NCBI RefSeq assembly: GCF_036321535.1
Contig: NC_087436.1
Coordinates: 120,468,001 to 120,532,000, forward strand
DNA length: 64,000 nucleotides
Reading direction: 5' to 3'
Source: Camelus dromedarius
Taxonomy: Eukaryota
Shown here piece after piece: positions 23,651-37,700 of the stretch. The notes under the pieces are model-generated. The model made no database searches. It saw only the letters and a list, made by a program, of their open reading frames with translations, and was not told where the DNA came from. Every line of letters begins with the position of its first letter. Position 1 is the stretch's first letter. The translations under genes were made by a program, and so were the position numbers.

Positions 23651-24499
23651 GTTGTGCGCTTTGTGTTACCGCGACGGTCCGGAGCTCCTGGCTCCCGCAG
23701 CCGGGGGCTGTCTAACTCTGAAAAGCAGTGACAATGATGCACTGTCTCAAGCACTCTCCCTTCAGCAGGCAGGACCACTCGCTCTCCTGAGCCTGCCTGC
23801 TCCCACACGCCTGGCACCGGGGGCTGCCCCAGGCGGAAGTTGCCTTTTTACAAGACTAACAGCAACACACTTCTGCACGCATTTTTATACTGTATTTGGG
23901 TAGGAAGCATCGATGTGTCCGGGTCATCCGAGGGCTGGGCGGTGACCTGGCCCCCGTCCACTCAAGTCGAAGCCTCGGCCAGCAGCCCATGTCACCCGCA
24001 AACAGAGACATTTTCTATTTTGGTGTCGCAGAGAAGGCTTCTCGTGGACGGGATCCAAGTTGGCCATTCTCTTGACAATGTGTTTGTGTTTAGCACTGAA
24101 CTGGGTCTAAAAATAGGTCTGGGTGAAGTGGCTGGAGAGGCCGGCACTCTGCATGGCCAGAGGCAGGTTTAGGGGGTCAGGATGGAGCCCCAGCTGAGGA
24201 TGGGAGGAGAGCACACAAAAGACCCTGCCCGCCGGCCTCCCTGAGCCCCCATCTGAGCAGACCTCCCCTTCTCCCCAGGACCAAAGGCTGCCTCTTCCAG
24301 GAAGCCTTCCTGACTCCTCATCTGGGGTGGCCTTCTTAACCCTCACCTGCTGCCAGTTTACCTGCCTATCTCGCCCATGAGACTGTGAGCTTCTCAAGGG
24401 CAGGGCTAGGTCTGTCTGATTCTTCTGTGCCTTCTTAGCACTTGGCCTAGGTGCTCAGGGAAAGCTTTGAGTCAAGCCCACCTGACTTCTCACTTTGTT

Positions 24500-24820
24500 G
24501 CTGTATCCCCAGCTCTGTGACCTCAGTCAAGCCCCTCTCCCTCTCTGGGCCTCAGTTTCTGCACCTGGAAAGCAGAACAACAATCCTCCTCACAGGGTGG
24601 TTGTGAAGCTTAGAGTATCCAGGCTCCCCCATCCTTGTTGCCCTTGAACACTTGTACCCACGTGAAGTGTCCTTTCACCTGGATAACGGGGACAAGGGAC
24701 TCATGCTGGGGACAATAATGGTGTACACTTAGGTTTCATCAGGAATAAATGGGATAGCGCAGGTAAAGTAAAACTAAAACTCTGCTTGGGACTTAGTAAG
24801 TGTCCCAGAATACTAGTAGC
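24500..24820 (+). mobile_element. MIR SINE pieces leading directly into the (CAY)n repeat
   Basis: Core ctctctgggcctcagtttctgcacctggaaa and 3' part ggggacaataatgg...aggaataaatgggatagcgcaggtaaag...ttgggacttagtaagtg. Confidence 0.65.
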
Positions 24821-25353
24821 CATCATCACCAAAACCATCATCTCATCATCACCATCACCCTCCTCCTCATCAAAATCCCCACTACACTGCCTCATCATAA
24901 TCACTACCATGATCATCACCTTCATCACCACCATCACCACCGCTGCTATCATCACCATCATCACCACATCACCACCCTCATGACCATCACCCTCATCACA
25001 CCACCATCATCATCACCACCACCATCACCACATCATCACCACCATCATCACCATCACCACCACTGTTATCGTCACCATCATCACCTTCATCACCACCATT
25101 ATCATCACCATCATCACCACCATCATCACCGTCATCACCACCACCCTCATCATCATCACCACCATCATCACTAACATGATCATCATCTTCATCACCATCA
25201 TCACCACCACTGTTATCATCACCATCATCACCCTCACCCTCATCACACCACCATCATATCATCATCACCACCGCTGTTATCACCATCATCACCACTCTCA
25301 TCATCACCATCACCATCATCATCACCATCATCACTATCACGATCATCGTCATC
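24820..25353 (+). repeat. About 530-bp imperfect (CAT/CAC)n trinucleotide array
   Basis: Directly visible. It generates the spurious poly-His, poly-Ile/Thr and poly-Met/Val ORFs. Confidence 0.97.
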
Positions 25354-26869
25354 AGTATTTCTCAAGAAGAATCCTCTCACAAACCGTAAGAGAGAAATAT
25401 TAACTTTACTGAAGGTTTCTTTGGGAACAAGGTAGGGAAGGCGCATCACAGCCTTACTGGTGGCTCGAAATTGGCCACAGGGGAAGAATTAACACATGGA
25501 AAGTGGCAGATACCACAAATCAGAGCCCCCCCCCCCAACAGTACCAGTTGTTAAACATGTCCCAGCACCACCCCTCCCCACCCCCTGGCATCCACCTCCT
25601 GTGTTGATACCAGATCCAACTGTCCTTCTTCCCGGCCACCCTGGGAAGCCAGCAGGACAAACCTATGCCCCTCCCTAAGCCTCAGTTTCCCCATCTGTGA
25701 AATGAGGCATCTGGGCTTGGACTTTTAGAGTCTAGAAAATGAAGTCTTTCTCAAACTGGGATAATTTTTCTGCCTCAGTTTTTCCTAAGTGTTGTTCTTA
25801 AATAGTTCACGTGGAGTCAAGGCCCCAGGTTACCTTCCGCCCTCTTGCCTACAGGGCCCTGGCCCTCAGGGAAGTTGGTTGTCCAGTGACAGGCCTAGGC
25901 TGACTTGCCCCTGGCCGTCGGCCACACTGGCTGTGGGTGCCGGCTCCCTGCTCCAGCTCCTGTGGAAGCCTGGCCTTGGAGCCCTGCCTCCCATCATCAG
26001 AGCCCCAGGGAGTGTCACTGATGCTTCCCAGAGGGGGGACGTGCTCAGTGCCCAGGCAGGGGTCTGCCCTCAGAGTGGCCTAAAGTCCCCTGTCTGCCTG
26101 CCGGGGGACACGGCTGGGCACATCACACAGAGGATGCACAAGTGTCTGCAGGCATGAGGTAAGGGGCCAGTGTCTCTGGGAAAGGGGGATGGAGGGTGAC
26201 AACCAGAATGGAATGCCATCCTACCGTCACTGGCAGAGCTGCGGGCCCGGTGGGGAGACCGGCTGTGCTCAGACCGTGCACCACGGGCCAGTGAACTTCT
26301 TGCAGGACAGTTTGGTCCATCTGTCTACTAGAGGGTTAAATTCACATCCCTCCGACCCAGAAATCCATCCTAGAGAAATACACATTTGTGCAAAACTACA
26401 GGCACGCATGGGAGGGGCCGCTCATTCCATAGCTAATGAGACCCTCACAGGGCTGACCCTGGGAAAACTGTTATCACCTCCCTGGATCCTGCCCTAGGCA
26501 GGTCCCCTACCCAGATGCTCAGAGAGCATCTCTCGGCCAACAGGTGGTTCTCTCCAAGCCCCTCACCTGGCTGGGGGCCTGCACAGCCCTCTCCTCTCAC
26601 CCAGCGATGGTGGCGCACAGCTCCTGGCCAGCTCTCCCCAACACATCCTCCCCCCGGTCTCTCAACTACATTCACCAAAAACGGCTCACAGCTAAGGTTG
26701 GTATGGCCAGGACCCCTCGATCACACCCTAGTTACCCCTGCAGACAGAGGTCTGGCTCCTTCTCTAGAAGGGGTGGGCATCTAGCCCACTTTGCTGTCAG
26801 ACACGAAGTCCTGGTCAGGGACGGCCCCATCGCATGACCCGTTAGCACAGCGACACTGTGCTGACCGCT

Positions 26870-27075
26870 CACCACGGGGAAGGCTCTGCTCTGAGCACTT
26901 GATGTCCGGGTGGCACGGAATCCTCTGATGATTCTGTAACCGTTTGTTTCTCACTTTTTCAGACAAGGAGACGTGCTCAGAGAGGTTAAGTGGTGGGTCC
27001 AGGCCACGCAGCACGAAGGTGGCAGAGCTGGAATATGAGCCTGGGTCTATCTGATTCCAAAGTCAAGCTGTGAGC
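26870..27075 (-). mobile_element. MIR SINE
   Basis: tttttcagacaaggagacgtgctcagagaggttaagtgg...ggcagagctggaatatgagcctgggtctatctgattccaaag. Confidence 0.75.
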
Positions 27076-28399
27076 TCCCGCACATGCTCCCGGCAGAGCC
27101 AGCACCCATCGCACACCTGAGCCTGAGCCTGCCGTCTGGGGACTGAGGGACCCACTTTGACTCAGAGTCTCTGAGCCACTGCCAGCCTCTGGCAGCCTCA
27201 GGCTCAGGGCCTCACAGATACCGGGCTGCCGATAAATACCTGTTGAATGTGTGAAAGTTTGTTGCCTTCCTGGGATGGGGCCAGAGCTGGCACAGGCCCT
27301 CCTGGCTCTGTTTTCTTCATCAGACCTCCAGAGTACCTGCTCTGGTCCCGAGGAGGGAGGGGCTCAGGGAAGAAGCAGGCGGCCCCCTGGGTCCGCCGCC
27401 CAGGCTGTGCACCAAATGCCGCCCCGGGCTAGCCACGGGGGGCACAACCTCGGGGGTCCCGTGGTTGTCCCAGGACATGGAGTAGGTGTGGCGGTGCCCC
27501 ATCCCCACCCCTAGGCCAGCCCACCTGCTGATGGGCTTGTCACCCCAGCCAAGGGCCGCCTCTGCTGCCTGCCCGCAGTGATCTCAGGCTGCAAGACCGG
27601 CCAGCGGGTAACGGCAGCTTCCTCATACCTCAGCGGGGCCCCTTGAGGCGTGCTCCACACAGTCTCTCAGGGACCCCCCATGGGGCAGGTCAAGTACATT
27701 AGGATTCTAGGCGAGGGCTCAAGTGCTGTGGCCCAGGAAGTCAGAGGGCTTCCTGGAGGAGGTGGCGCTAGAGAAAGGCCTTGAATGCTGAGCAGAGTTT
27801 GAGGAGCAAGCCCTTAACAGTCCTTGGGCCTTTCCGCTATGGCCTCTGGGAACTGGGGACCTAACCATGAGGAACTGCAGTTGGTTTTTTCAACAGTATC
27901 TACCCCATCATCTACTTTAAAAGCCTTTTAAAAGAAAGAACCCCAGCTGGAGAAACAATCCCTTCTCGGCCCGTGCACACTGTAGTAAAAGGCTGCCTCC
28001 CAGCTGTTCCGTCTCTGCAGATGTAAAACACAGAGAGGCCCAGACCCCAGGCCAGCCTGAGTCGGATTTCTCTGTGGGGCTGTTTCCGCATTAGAGCCCT
28101 TGGACGGGGGCTCCCAGACCCCGGGAAGGAGACATTTGACAGCTGGCCCCAGTGACGCCCCTGGGTCTGGTCCAGCTAGCCAACGCCAAAAGGCCCTGCT
28201 GCTAAACTCATCTGCCCGGCTCCTCTCTGCTCACTCTTCTTTCTTTCTGCATTTATCCCTTAAAAAATGCATGTATCTTCATTGCTCTGTTCTAGTGAAG
28301 CACGTGCTCATCGCAGAAAAATCAGAAAAGCACAAACAAAACAATTAAAATTCCTCATGATGTCAGGATGCAGTGATGATATCTGCTGACGTTGGAGTG

Positions 28400-28700
28400 T
28401 GTGTCTTCCAAGACTTTTACCGACATCCCCAAAATAACGGGCTGAGACTTTGACTGGGTTGCACTGAATCTATAGATGCAGTTATGAAGCTGACATCTTG
28501 ACAGTCCCGAGGCTTCTCGACCACCAACATGGAGTATCTGTTTATCCCCTGATTTCGTCCTTTTTTCTGTGTCTGAATCTTGTTGCATTGAGCTCACGCT
28601 GCAGGTATTTTCAGTCCTGCTTTCCCACTTCATATACAAGGTTAAGCCTTTCTTCAAGCACAGATGGTAATTCCTGCCTAATTTTCAGATAGGTAGAGAG
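28400..28700 (-). mobile_element. Old L1 ORF2 fragment
   Basis: gctgagactttgactgggttgcactgaatctatagat...gacatcttgacagtcccgagg is homologous to 7441-7540 of the intronic L1 in this window. Confidence 0.75.
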
Positions 28701-31700
28701 ACTCCGTAATGCACTAATCATTCCCTGTCTTTCCAGGCTTGTTTTTAACTGTAATAAAAAGAATGAAGAAATGTTTGTCTTTTGTTCACTAAAGCTTGGA
28801 AGCCGCTCAGCAGAAGCTGCTCAGCAGAAGCCTCAGCGAACACCCTGTGTGTGTCCCCCTGGCCATACAAGCTGCACCCACCTCGTGTCATCACGGAGAC
28901 CTACTGTGTGCCAGGCCCAGGGCGCTCAGAGCCCCGGAATGTCCTAAAAGGGTGGGGTCAGGACAAGAGCCCCACCCACCCCCACCCAGCCAGAGGGCAC
29001 GGACCCAGCTCCTCCTGGGTGCAGATCGTTGTGTTTCCCAAGCCCCTCAGGTTCATTCCCTGGGGGCTCATGGGGACACTGCACGCTGTGGACACCCTCG
29101 AGCTCGCTGGCGATGGAGACCCTGAAACCTGACGTCATGTCCTTCAACCTGTTTTCCCGTGATTCCTTTTTTAATGAACTTTTTCCTGGCTACAATGGAC
29201 GTGCAGAAAGCAGCTTTGATCATAAGGGGACAGCTGGTGAATTTTCACAAGGTGAACACGCCATGTACCCAGCCCCAGATCCGGAAGAAAATGGTACCAG
29301 AGCTGCCCGTTACCACGGTAACCTCTAGTCCAGTGGCTCTCAGCAGGGGCAGTGTAGCCCCAGGGTCACCGGGCAATGAGTGCAGACTTATATGTCGTCA
29401 CAACCGAGAGCGGACTGCTGGCGTCAGAGGCCAGGGATGTGGCTCAGCATCCCATGCACAGGATGGTCCCCAGACAGAATCACCCGGCCCCAGTGTGCAC
29501 AGTGCCGAGGCTGGGAAAGCCTGCTCTCGTCTGTGCTGACTTCTAACCACACAGACTGCTTCTGCCTGTCTTTTAACCCAACAGCCAAACCTGGCTCAGT
29601 CTGATCTCACCAGAGTCAGGTCACAGCTCCCATCCATTCCTTCCTATCCTCCCCAGTCACTGAGCGGATTCTCACCACACCCTGCTGGCGTGAGGGTCAC
29701 GCGTCGGCAGCCCAGACTCATAGTGGTGCCTGACTCAGAGGCCGCAAGTGAGCAGATGAAGGTGTGATGCCCGCCACATCGAGATAATGCTCCCTGGGGG
29801 CCGGGCCAGGTCACCGGGGTCCAATCTCCGCCCGGGGCCCGGGAGCCATGCAGGCCCCCAAGTCGGGTTCCTAGAGGAGAAGACACAGTGCCCAGCCCCC
29901 TGGGAAGAAGAGTGACACCCCATGGGAGAGGGGAGGTGCTGCATCCTGGCAGGGTCTGTCTCATGCTGGGCACCCAGACATGGGCCCAGGGGCCCATGCC
30001 CCACGAGGCCCCCAGCGCTGAGCCCGACCAGGAAACAGTCAGGAGGGTTGCGAGACACTGACTGTGGCGGGTGGTTGGGGAGCAGCAGGGGCAAGTGGAG
30101 AGGCGGGAGGAGGGTCAGCCTGGGGGGAGGCGGAACTGGGGAGACCTGAAAGGACAGGGAGGCAGATCGCAGGCCTAAATTCTTCGTCCATGACCTCTCA
30201 GGAAAGTAAGAGGCTAGCCGATGGCCCCGGGGAAGGAGTACCAGGCCTGGGAGTGCCAGGAACAGGGCCCAGGCAGGCACAAGGGGGCTGGGTGAGGGGA
30301 GGGGGCCTGGAGCTGCCCAAGGGCAGGGGGACAGGCCCCCAGTGTTGGGTGACCCTCCATCCACACTCCTGGCAGGTTGGAGACTGCCCGGCAGCCCAGG
30401 CCAAATGACTCTGCCCTCTCTGGGCCCCAAAGCACCAGGGCCCACAGCCACCGACCCAGCATCAGGCTGCACCTGCGATGCCCAAGTCACAGCCCTGTGT
30501 CTGCGCCCCTGACCCGAGAGCAGGCGCCTCATTAGCCAGTGCCCCGGGCACCCACCTAGTCCAGCCCAGCATGAGCCACTGGGAACAGGGACCCGTTAGC
30601 GCCTCCCAAGCTCCGGCCCCAGCAGGACAGTGCCCTGCACAGAGCTGGCACACAAAGGGGCTGTGTGGTCCAGACACCTGCCAGCTGAGGGTGGGGGTGG
30701 GAGGAGAGCAGGACCAAGGCCCTGTCTCAGGCAGCCAGGGCCGGCCCGGGGTGGGCAGCGAGCCCGAGGCCGTGGCCCTTCCGGTGAGACGATGTGACTC
30801 CTCAGTCAGAAAGAAGGAAATGGCATTTAGCCAAAACTTAAATTAAGCCAAGAGTATTTTCACAGCATGGCCCTCCAGGGAGAGTTACTCCTAGAACCGG
30901 GGGGCAGACTCCTCAACGGGAGATCAGACCAACTCTGGAAGGCCGGGCCTGAGTCCTGGACGCCTCGTCCTGCCCTCACGTCCTCAGCAGGCCCGTTGCC
31001 CCGGCCACGCCCACCCCAGCCCCCCACCCCTCCACCCCCGACTCCGCAGGGACCAGATAGGGAGATCGAGGCACCGGGAGCGGCGCTGGAGGAGGTGCCT
31101 GCTCTCGGGGCTGATGCCAGAGAGGGAGCACAGCCTCCTTAAATGCTGTACCCAGTGCCTCACTCCTCACCCCAACCCTGCGCTGGGCTCGAGCCTCGAC
31201 CTTGGACTTCTGGACCAGAGAATACAGCGACCTGTCCCCCTCCTCACTGCGTGAAAGGCTCCAGCAGGCTCCACGCGTGATGGCGTTTCAGAAGGTCATT
31301 GGGCCTCCTGCCATCAGAAGTGCGTTCTGACTCTTCCACCCACGGCTCTGAGACCCTGAATTAGTCAGTCTACCTCTTGGGCCTCAGTTTTTTCATCTGT
31401 CAAGTGGGTATGGGCTCTATCCCTCAGGATCACAGTGAAGAGGCTCTGAGACCACCCTCGGGCTAGAGGTCCAGCACCCCGTGCACTTCCTGCCCCTCCG
31501 CCCTCAGGTGCGCACAGCAGGCCATCGTCTAGGCCGAGTCTTGAGACCTGAACGAACCCCACTGCCTGCAGACTCAGGAATTACTGTCCTGTCTCCTAGA
31601 CTGGCCAGCTGGCCGTGGCCGTGGTCCCGCAGCTGGCAGCCCCGGGCGTGTGAGGTAGTGTCTGTGCTGGGCCCGGCTCTGGTGCCCGCGAGGTGAGGGC

Positions 31701-34700
31701 CCAGGAGGGGGAGCTGGCAGTGCAGAATGCAGGCCTTTGGGGAGACTGGAGGTGCAGTGAGCCGGCTTCCCAGGTAGGGATCTGGGGTGAGGGCACCAGT
31801 CGGCCCTGCCCAGCCCCTTCCCGACTTGGGGCCACAGCCTCAACCTGTGCAGCAGGAGAGAAAACTGAGCTGGCCTCCTGCCAGGGGACTGAGGGAAGCG
31901 GGCAGAAAGATGAGGTCACGGGGACAGAGGGCGTCACTGTTTGCAATAAAAATCCTGCAGCTGAGACATTGCATGGAGAGTCGCACACCGGCCTGTGGAC
32001 GGACAGCCCTGGGCAGAGAGGGCCAGGCAGGTGGGGCCTGGGGAGGCCTCAGCCATCAGCCAGCTGGCACATCTGCAAAAGGTCTGCACACCAAGGATTG
32101 GACACATGTCACTTGTGAGCAGCGGGCTGTCAGGGCTTCAGCCGCGTGGCCCCACAAGCCCTGTGAGGAAGCCTCCTTGCTGGGCTCCACGTGAGAGGCC
32201 CGGCGCACGGCCAGGCGACCTGCACGGGGAAGGGGCGCAGGCAGGGCGGCCCCAGGCTGCCTGGGACCCACAGACACGGAGAGCCCAGTGGCCTCAGAGG
32301 GACCCCAGGCCTCAGTTTCCCCAGGGCTCCCGGGGGACCAGATCACAGCGGCATCAACCCCGCCTGTTTTAAAGCAGGAGCCGCTAAAGCACATCAGGCA
32401 GGAGTGAGGGGTGACCTGGAATGGGTCTGGTGGCCTGGGCCCCCCTGCAGCCCTGGGAGAGGGGTGGGGGACAAGTCTAGGAGCAGAAGGGGAGGGCAGT
32501 CTGGAGGTCACCAGCAAGTGCAACCACACAGCAAAGATGACGCAGAGGAAAACCACCCTCCTCACAAAATGCACTCGTGGAGCGGGGGTGTGGGGGTGTG
32601 GAGGACCGCAGGGGGACCCTGGGAAGAGAGAAACCCAGAGACGGAGACCCGGGAGGTGTGATCTCGGAAAGGGTGCTCAGAGCACCCCAGGCAGGCCTCG
32701 GGGACACAGAGGGAGCCCTCCCCCAGCACCTGGCCAGGTACCCAGAGACCTCCTAGACATCTCCACTTGGCAGCCCCGCCTGCTCATCCATCCCAGTTAC
32801 AGAAACCATTCTGGACACCGCCCGCCACCTCAACCCCGCATCCAGGACATGCGCACTGTCTGGTGGCCCCTGGGACCCTCAGGGTAAGGACTGACTTCTT
32901 TTCCCAGGGTTCCAGCCTCTGCCGGTCTCCTCCACAGGGTCCGCCTCTCTAGCCACACTCACCTGCCTGCGAGAGAGGCTTCCTACGCAAACCTCACCCA
33001 CACCCGGAGGGCCCACGGCCAGCATGGCCCAGCCCAGGCTTGCTCTCGGCCCCCAAGTCCATGTGAGGCCCTTCCGTCTCCTTCCTGGAAGGTGTGGGTC
33101 CCTTGGTTTGACCCTGATGAGCTGATGGAACTCGTTGAGCCATGATGGTCCCAAGAGGACTGTGAGGAGTGACACTGCCCAACCGGGAGGGGCGGGGGAT
33201 GCGGCAGGTCCTAATGAGAACCAGAAGGAGCTGGCAAAAAAGCCCTTCTTGGCAGGAGACCCTGTGTCCCAGAAGGCCGCGTTTCTGGGGCCGGGGCCGA
33301 GGGGGCTGCGGTCTGCACCAGGCTCAGGTTCCCTGGAGACAAGCCTGGGGCCTTTCGAGGCAGAGCCTCAAGGTGGGGGTCTGTGTGTCACAAGCATCTG
33401 GGCCAGCCAGGGGCCCTGGCTCCTTGGCAGCCAGTCCGACAGTGAGCATGAGGACCCACTGTGTGTCACTAAGTGCTCATCAAACCACATCTAGTTATTG
33501 ATTTAATTTTCAGAATAGCTCTCTTCTCCCCATTTTACAGCTGTGGAAACTGAGGCCCAAGGGATCAAGCTGGACTATGAGAGGAGCCCTATAATTTTAA
33601 CCTTCTAGCCTGTGCTCACAGCCAGGGCAATCCCACTCAGACCCAAGGTAGACAGGAGGAGGGCACAGTCGGCCTCCCTCGGAGGGTCACCTGCAACATC
33701 AGGGGCCCTGTGTGCCCCCGACTCCACCCCGAGCTGGGAGAGATGCATAGTCAGCTCTCACTCGCTGAAGGGCCCTGGAGACCGAAGAGGGGGCTGATGC
33801 GGAGGCAGTCCGGGGCCAGGTGTATGCTGTGGCTGGCAGATGGGAGGATGCCGGTGCCCCACTGGGACAGGGGCTGACAGCACTACCTGCTCAGGACCCA
33901 TGGGGCGCCAGGCACTCTACGCAGCTCGTTCCACATGCACAGGCCAGCATGAGTGAGAGTCATGGCCATAAAATTCACAATAGCTGTGGCTCCACACTAG
34001 ATGGAAGACACAGCCATGATTTACTCCTGAGATCACTCTAGGGTGTGAAGTCAGCTTCCACCACCATCAATAAAACTAAGACTTGCTTTTGCTCATTTGA
34101 AAGATGCAGGAGTGAGGGTCAAATGAGTCTATTCAAAAACTACTTTATTTTTAAAACTTATTTTTCTTTTTGAGTAAGTAATCCAAGCGGGAAAGATCAC
34201 ACATAAAGCATCAGGAATCAGGATGGCTTTGGACTTGACAATGGCTCTGTTGGCAACTGGAAGATGAGTACTTCCTGCAAAACTGGCCTCCGCCCACCTT
34301 TTTCTGTGTCTGAGGGTTGGAGGTTTAAACAAGAGGCAGAGGGTTTGGTGTTATAGTAACAATAAGCACATTAAAGGAAAAAACAGATAAAATAACACAG
34401 CGACTAATAACTGTAGGGGGAAAAATGTAAGGCAGACAGGAAAAGTAATTACAGTATATTACCTGGCTCTGCTGTGAGCTCCATTACATACTCATAGCGG
34501 ATCTTACTCAAACCACACTCTTTGCGGTGCAGGGGCTGTGATGGGGAAGGAGGTGTGTGTGTTTGGGGGTGGGGGTGGGCGGAGGGCAGGGGACAGAGAA
34601 ACTTACATCTCTCCTCCATAAAGGAAGTCGGTAGATATTGACTAAGCTGAAAAAACAAGAAGGATGAATACAAGAATGTTCTTTAGGAATACAGACATAA

Positions 34701-37700
34701 ATACCAAAAGAATTAGTTTTTTGAAAGAGGAAGTGGTTGCCTCTGGGGAAGAACAACTGCGTGTGGGGGAGGGGATTGTTGTTTTTTATAACAAGCCCTG
34801 GGAACTCCTTCACTCCTTAGATTACATGCACGCACAACTTCGATTTAAAAAAGAAAAAAAAAAAGACTTAAAGAAAAAGTTTTTCTGTAAGCCATGGATA
34901 AGGAAGCAGCTTGCAGGAAGTCGCCCCGGGATGGGCACGGAGACCCTGCCTCACCTGAGAAGCAGGAGGAAGGGAGGAGGAATGAGGTTTGAGGGCCCTG
35001 GATTCCCTGGTGGAGGTGGAGGTCTTAGGGCCCAACAGGCAGTGTGGGGGTACCCGCTCTGTGGGCGTGTCCACCCCCATCACAGCTCTGGAGGAAGACC
35101 CTTGCCCGTGGGCCCCGAGGTGCATGGGGAAGAGACGTCGGCAAGGCCAGGCTGGCGTGGGCCCCCGGGCAGGACATCACTCGCACCTGGTCTTGATCTG
35201 AACTGGAGACCCTCGGGTCAGGGCCCGTGGACACGAGCCTGGGCGACCCCTGATGCTCCGAGCTGTGAGCTGGCATGGCCCCCTCACACCATGCCGGGGA
35301 CTCTGTCTTCCCGCTTCCACCAGATGCAAAGCCAGTTTTTCCCATCTGAAGGACGCTCGAGCAAAGGCCAAGACTCATTTGTATTCTGGGAGAAACACGC
35401 CTGCCCCTCCGCCCCCAAGTGGGAACAAACAACCCCTTCCCCGACAGGGAGTCGGTGGGGGCAGGGGTGCAGAAGCATGTTCACTGGCCCCAGCTGTCCT
35501 CTGGGCTTTTGCTAGTTTCCTCCAAAATACTGGCAAAACCTGTGATTCCAACAACAGCTGTGAACACTTTGCTTCGTCTCTGTGAGCCCTCGGCCGCACA
35601 AAGCATTCTGTCTGACCATCCCTAACGTGCCCGCAGCCCTGGGCGTGAGCCGGTTGGTCAGGTGTGGGGTGAGGGTCCAGCTCGGGGGGCTTGCTGTGCT
35701 GAGTCCTATCACGGGCCACGTCCCTGCTGCTCAGAGTGTGACTGCATTCAGGCAGTCTGGTGTCACTGGAGAGCTTACTGACAAGGGAATCACCAGCTGC
35801 ACCCCCTGATCTACCTACTTGGGACCCACATTCAAGCAGACGCCTGGGGAGGTTAAAGTTCAGGGTTCCTTGGTTTATAGGGCTTCGTTCTCACCCCAGT
35901 CATGCCAGGTGGGGTGTCACTTTCGGTTAAGAACAGTGAGGCTCAGTGAAGCTGAGAGACTGACCTCCCTCACCCAGCCGTGGCCTTGAGCTGGTCTGGA
36001 CATGGCCTCTAGGGACATATAAGGGACACCAACTGTCTGGGGCTCAGTTTTCTCACCTGGGAAGTGGGGAGAATCGTATCTAGTCGTGTCCTGTGTTATG
36101 AGGCCCCACCCTGCTGTGGGCCAGGCAGACACGGCCCTGCCAGGGGAGCCATGGTGAAGACAGGCAGTGGGCAGGCAAGGACAGAGGCTGCCCCCAGATG
36201 CAAGCACCGGGTGCTGGTCTAAATCCCAACTCTGCTTCCTGCCGGCTGTGTGATGCTGAGCAGGTGTCCTGCCCTCTCTGTGCTTCAGGTGTGCTCCTCT
36301 GTGAATGGGAGACTAACTGGAGATGAAGTACGTTACTATCTGTAAGGTGTTATAGTGGAGCCTGGCATGACAAGCATTCTAGACTTGTTTTCTAAACAGA
36401 TATTAAAGAAAAAGAAGGCTAGGCGAAGTTCAGCTGGGAGGCGGCGGGCAGGAGCAGGGGGTCACCTGACAGCCAGAAGGGAGGGCGTATCAGGGGAGGC
36501 TTCCCGGAGAAGGAGACCCTAGGCTGAGACCACGTGGGAAAGAAGGAGCAGGGGTGAGGGTCCGGCAGGGAGAGATGGGACCAGGGGACCCTTGGGGATG
36601 GGGTGCACCAGGGAGCATGTCTGGTCCCAGTGGGGCAGGGACAGGCTCCAGGGGCAGGTGGGGGGAGATGAGGGAAGGCAGGAGCTGCTGGACCAGCTCC
36701 TCTGAGTCTGAAATGGTGCCCAAACTTTGAGATGTCTCCAACGAGCTTCCTTTGTCTTCTAGAAAGGGCCGAATGAAGATGTTGACAGGAGTGAACACCG
36801 GGCTTGGGTTTTGGCTGCTGAGGGCTGCATCCCAGGGCTCAGGTCGCGTGAAAGATCCCAGGCCCCTGCGGACACAGGACGTTCCCCCAGCCCAGCCTCC
36901 ATTTACAGAGAACCCCTCCTCAGACACCCCCAGGTGTGGCAGGTGTGGACCTGCAGACGCCCAGGTGAAGTGTCCCCAGGTCGAGGGATGCAGGATCCAG
37001 GAGGTTGTACAGAAACAAGCAGGGCAGTGGTGGCAGAGCTGGGGGACCAGAAAGACCCCTGGGAGCTCCAGGAAGGCATGCCCAGGGACAGATCAGAGGA
37101 CCAGACTTCAGGGGAACTGCACCAAGACTGGATTCGTACGTGGAAGGCTTCCCACACAGCGGCCGTGCCCAGACCTGCCCAGCAGCATGTGTGTCCCCTG
37201 CACCGTCAGGATGCAGACTTGGGACTTGTCACTTGTCCCATGTCGAGAGGTTGTAGATGGCTGGGCTCAGGCCCATCTGAATCTGCCTTCCAGCCTCCTT
37301 CAGTCACCCCCGTGGGGTCTGCATCCTGGAGACTGTCACCCCTCCTTCTCCCACCATCTCAAGCATCCGAAGGCACCACCTCCAGCTGATCTACAACCTT
37401 CTTGCCACCTCTGTTGCTTGGAGCCACCATCAGCTGGTGGGGCCACAGGGAACCTCCAGCTGTCGCCCTGCCTCTGCCCTCGCCACCTGCAGCCTCGCCC
37501 CACCCCGTCTGCACTCAGCCCAGAGCGCGTGGTCGGGCATTGTGTATTTACGTGTTTATGATTTAATCTAACTCTGCCCGCACACAGGGATGTCAGCCAC
37601 GCAGGAGGCGTGCTCTCTGCTCTCCCGGTGCACCCCCATCCCGAGTGGCCATTAGAGAGAGGACAGGCAGAGTGGCCAGCCCATGGCGGGTTCTGATGGA

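Noticed and set aside
24701..25449. Poly-His, poly-Ile/Thr and poly-Met/Val ORFs suggesting a histidine-rich protein
   Set aside because: Several frames on both strands are open because (CAY)n lacks stops. There is no splice or promoter context, so this is a simple repeat.
25440..25575. Possible hAT-type MITE (gaaattggccac...ccagttgttaaacat)
   Set aside because: It looks like a DNA transposon remnant, but I could not assign a family or termini reliably.
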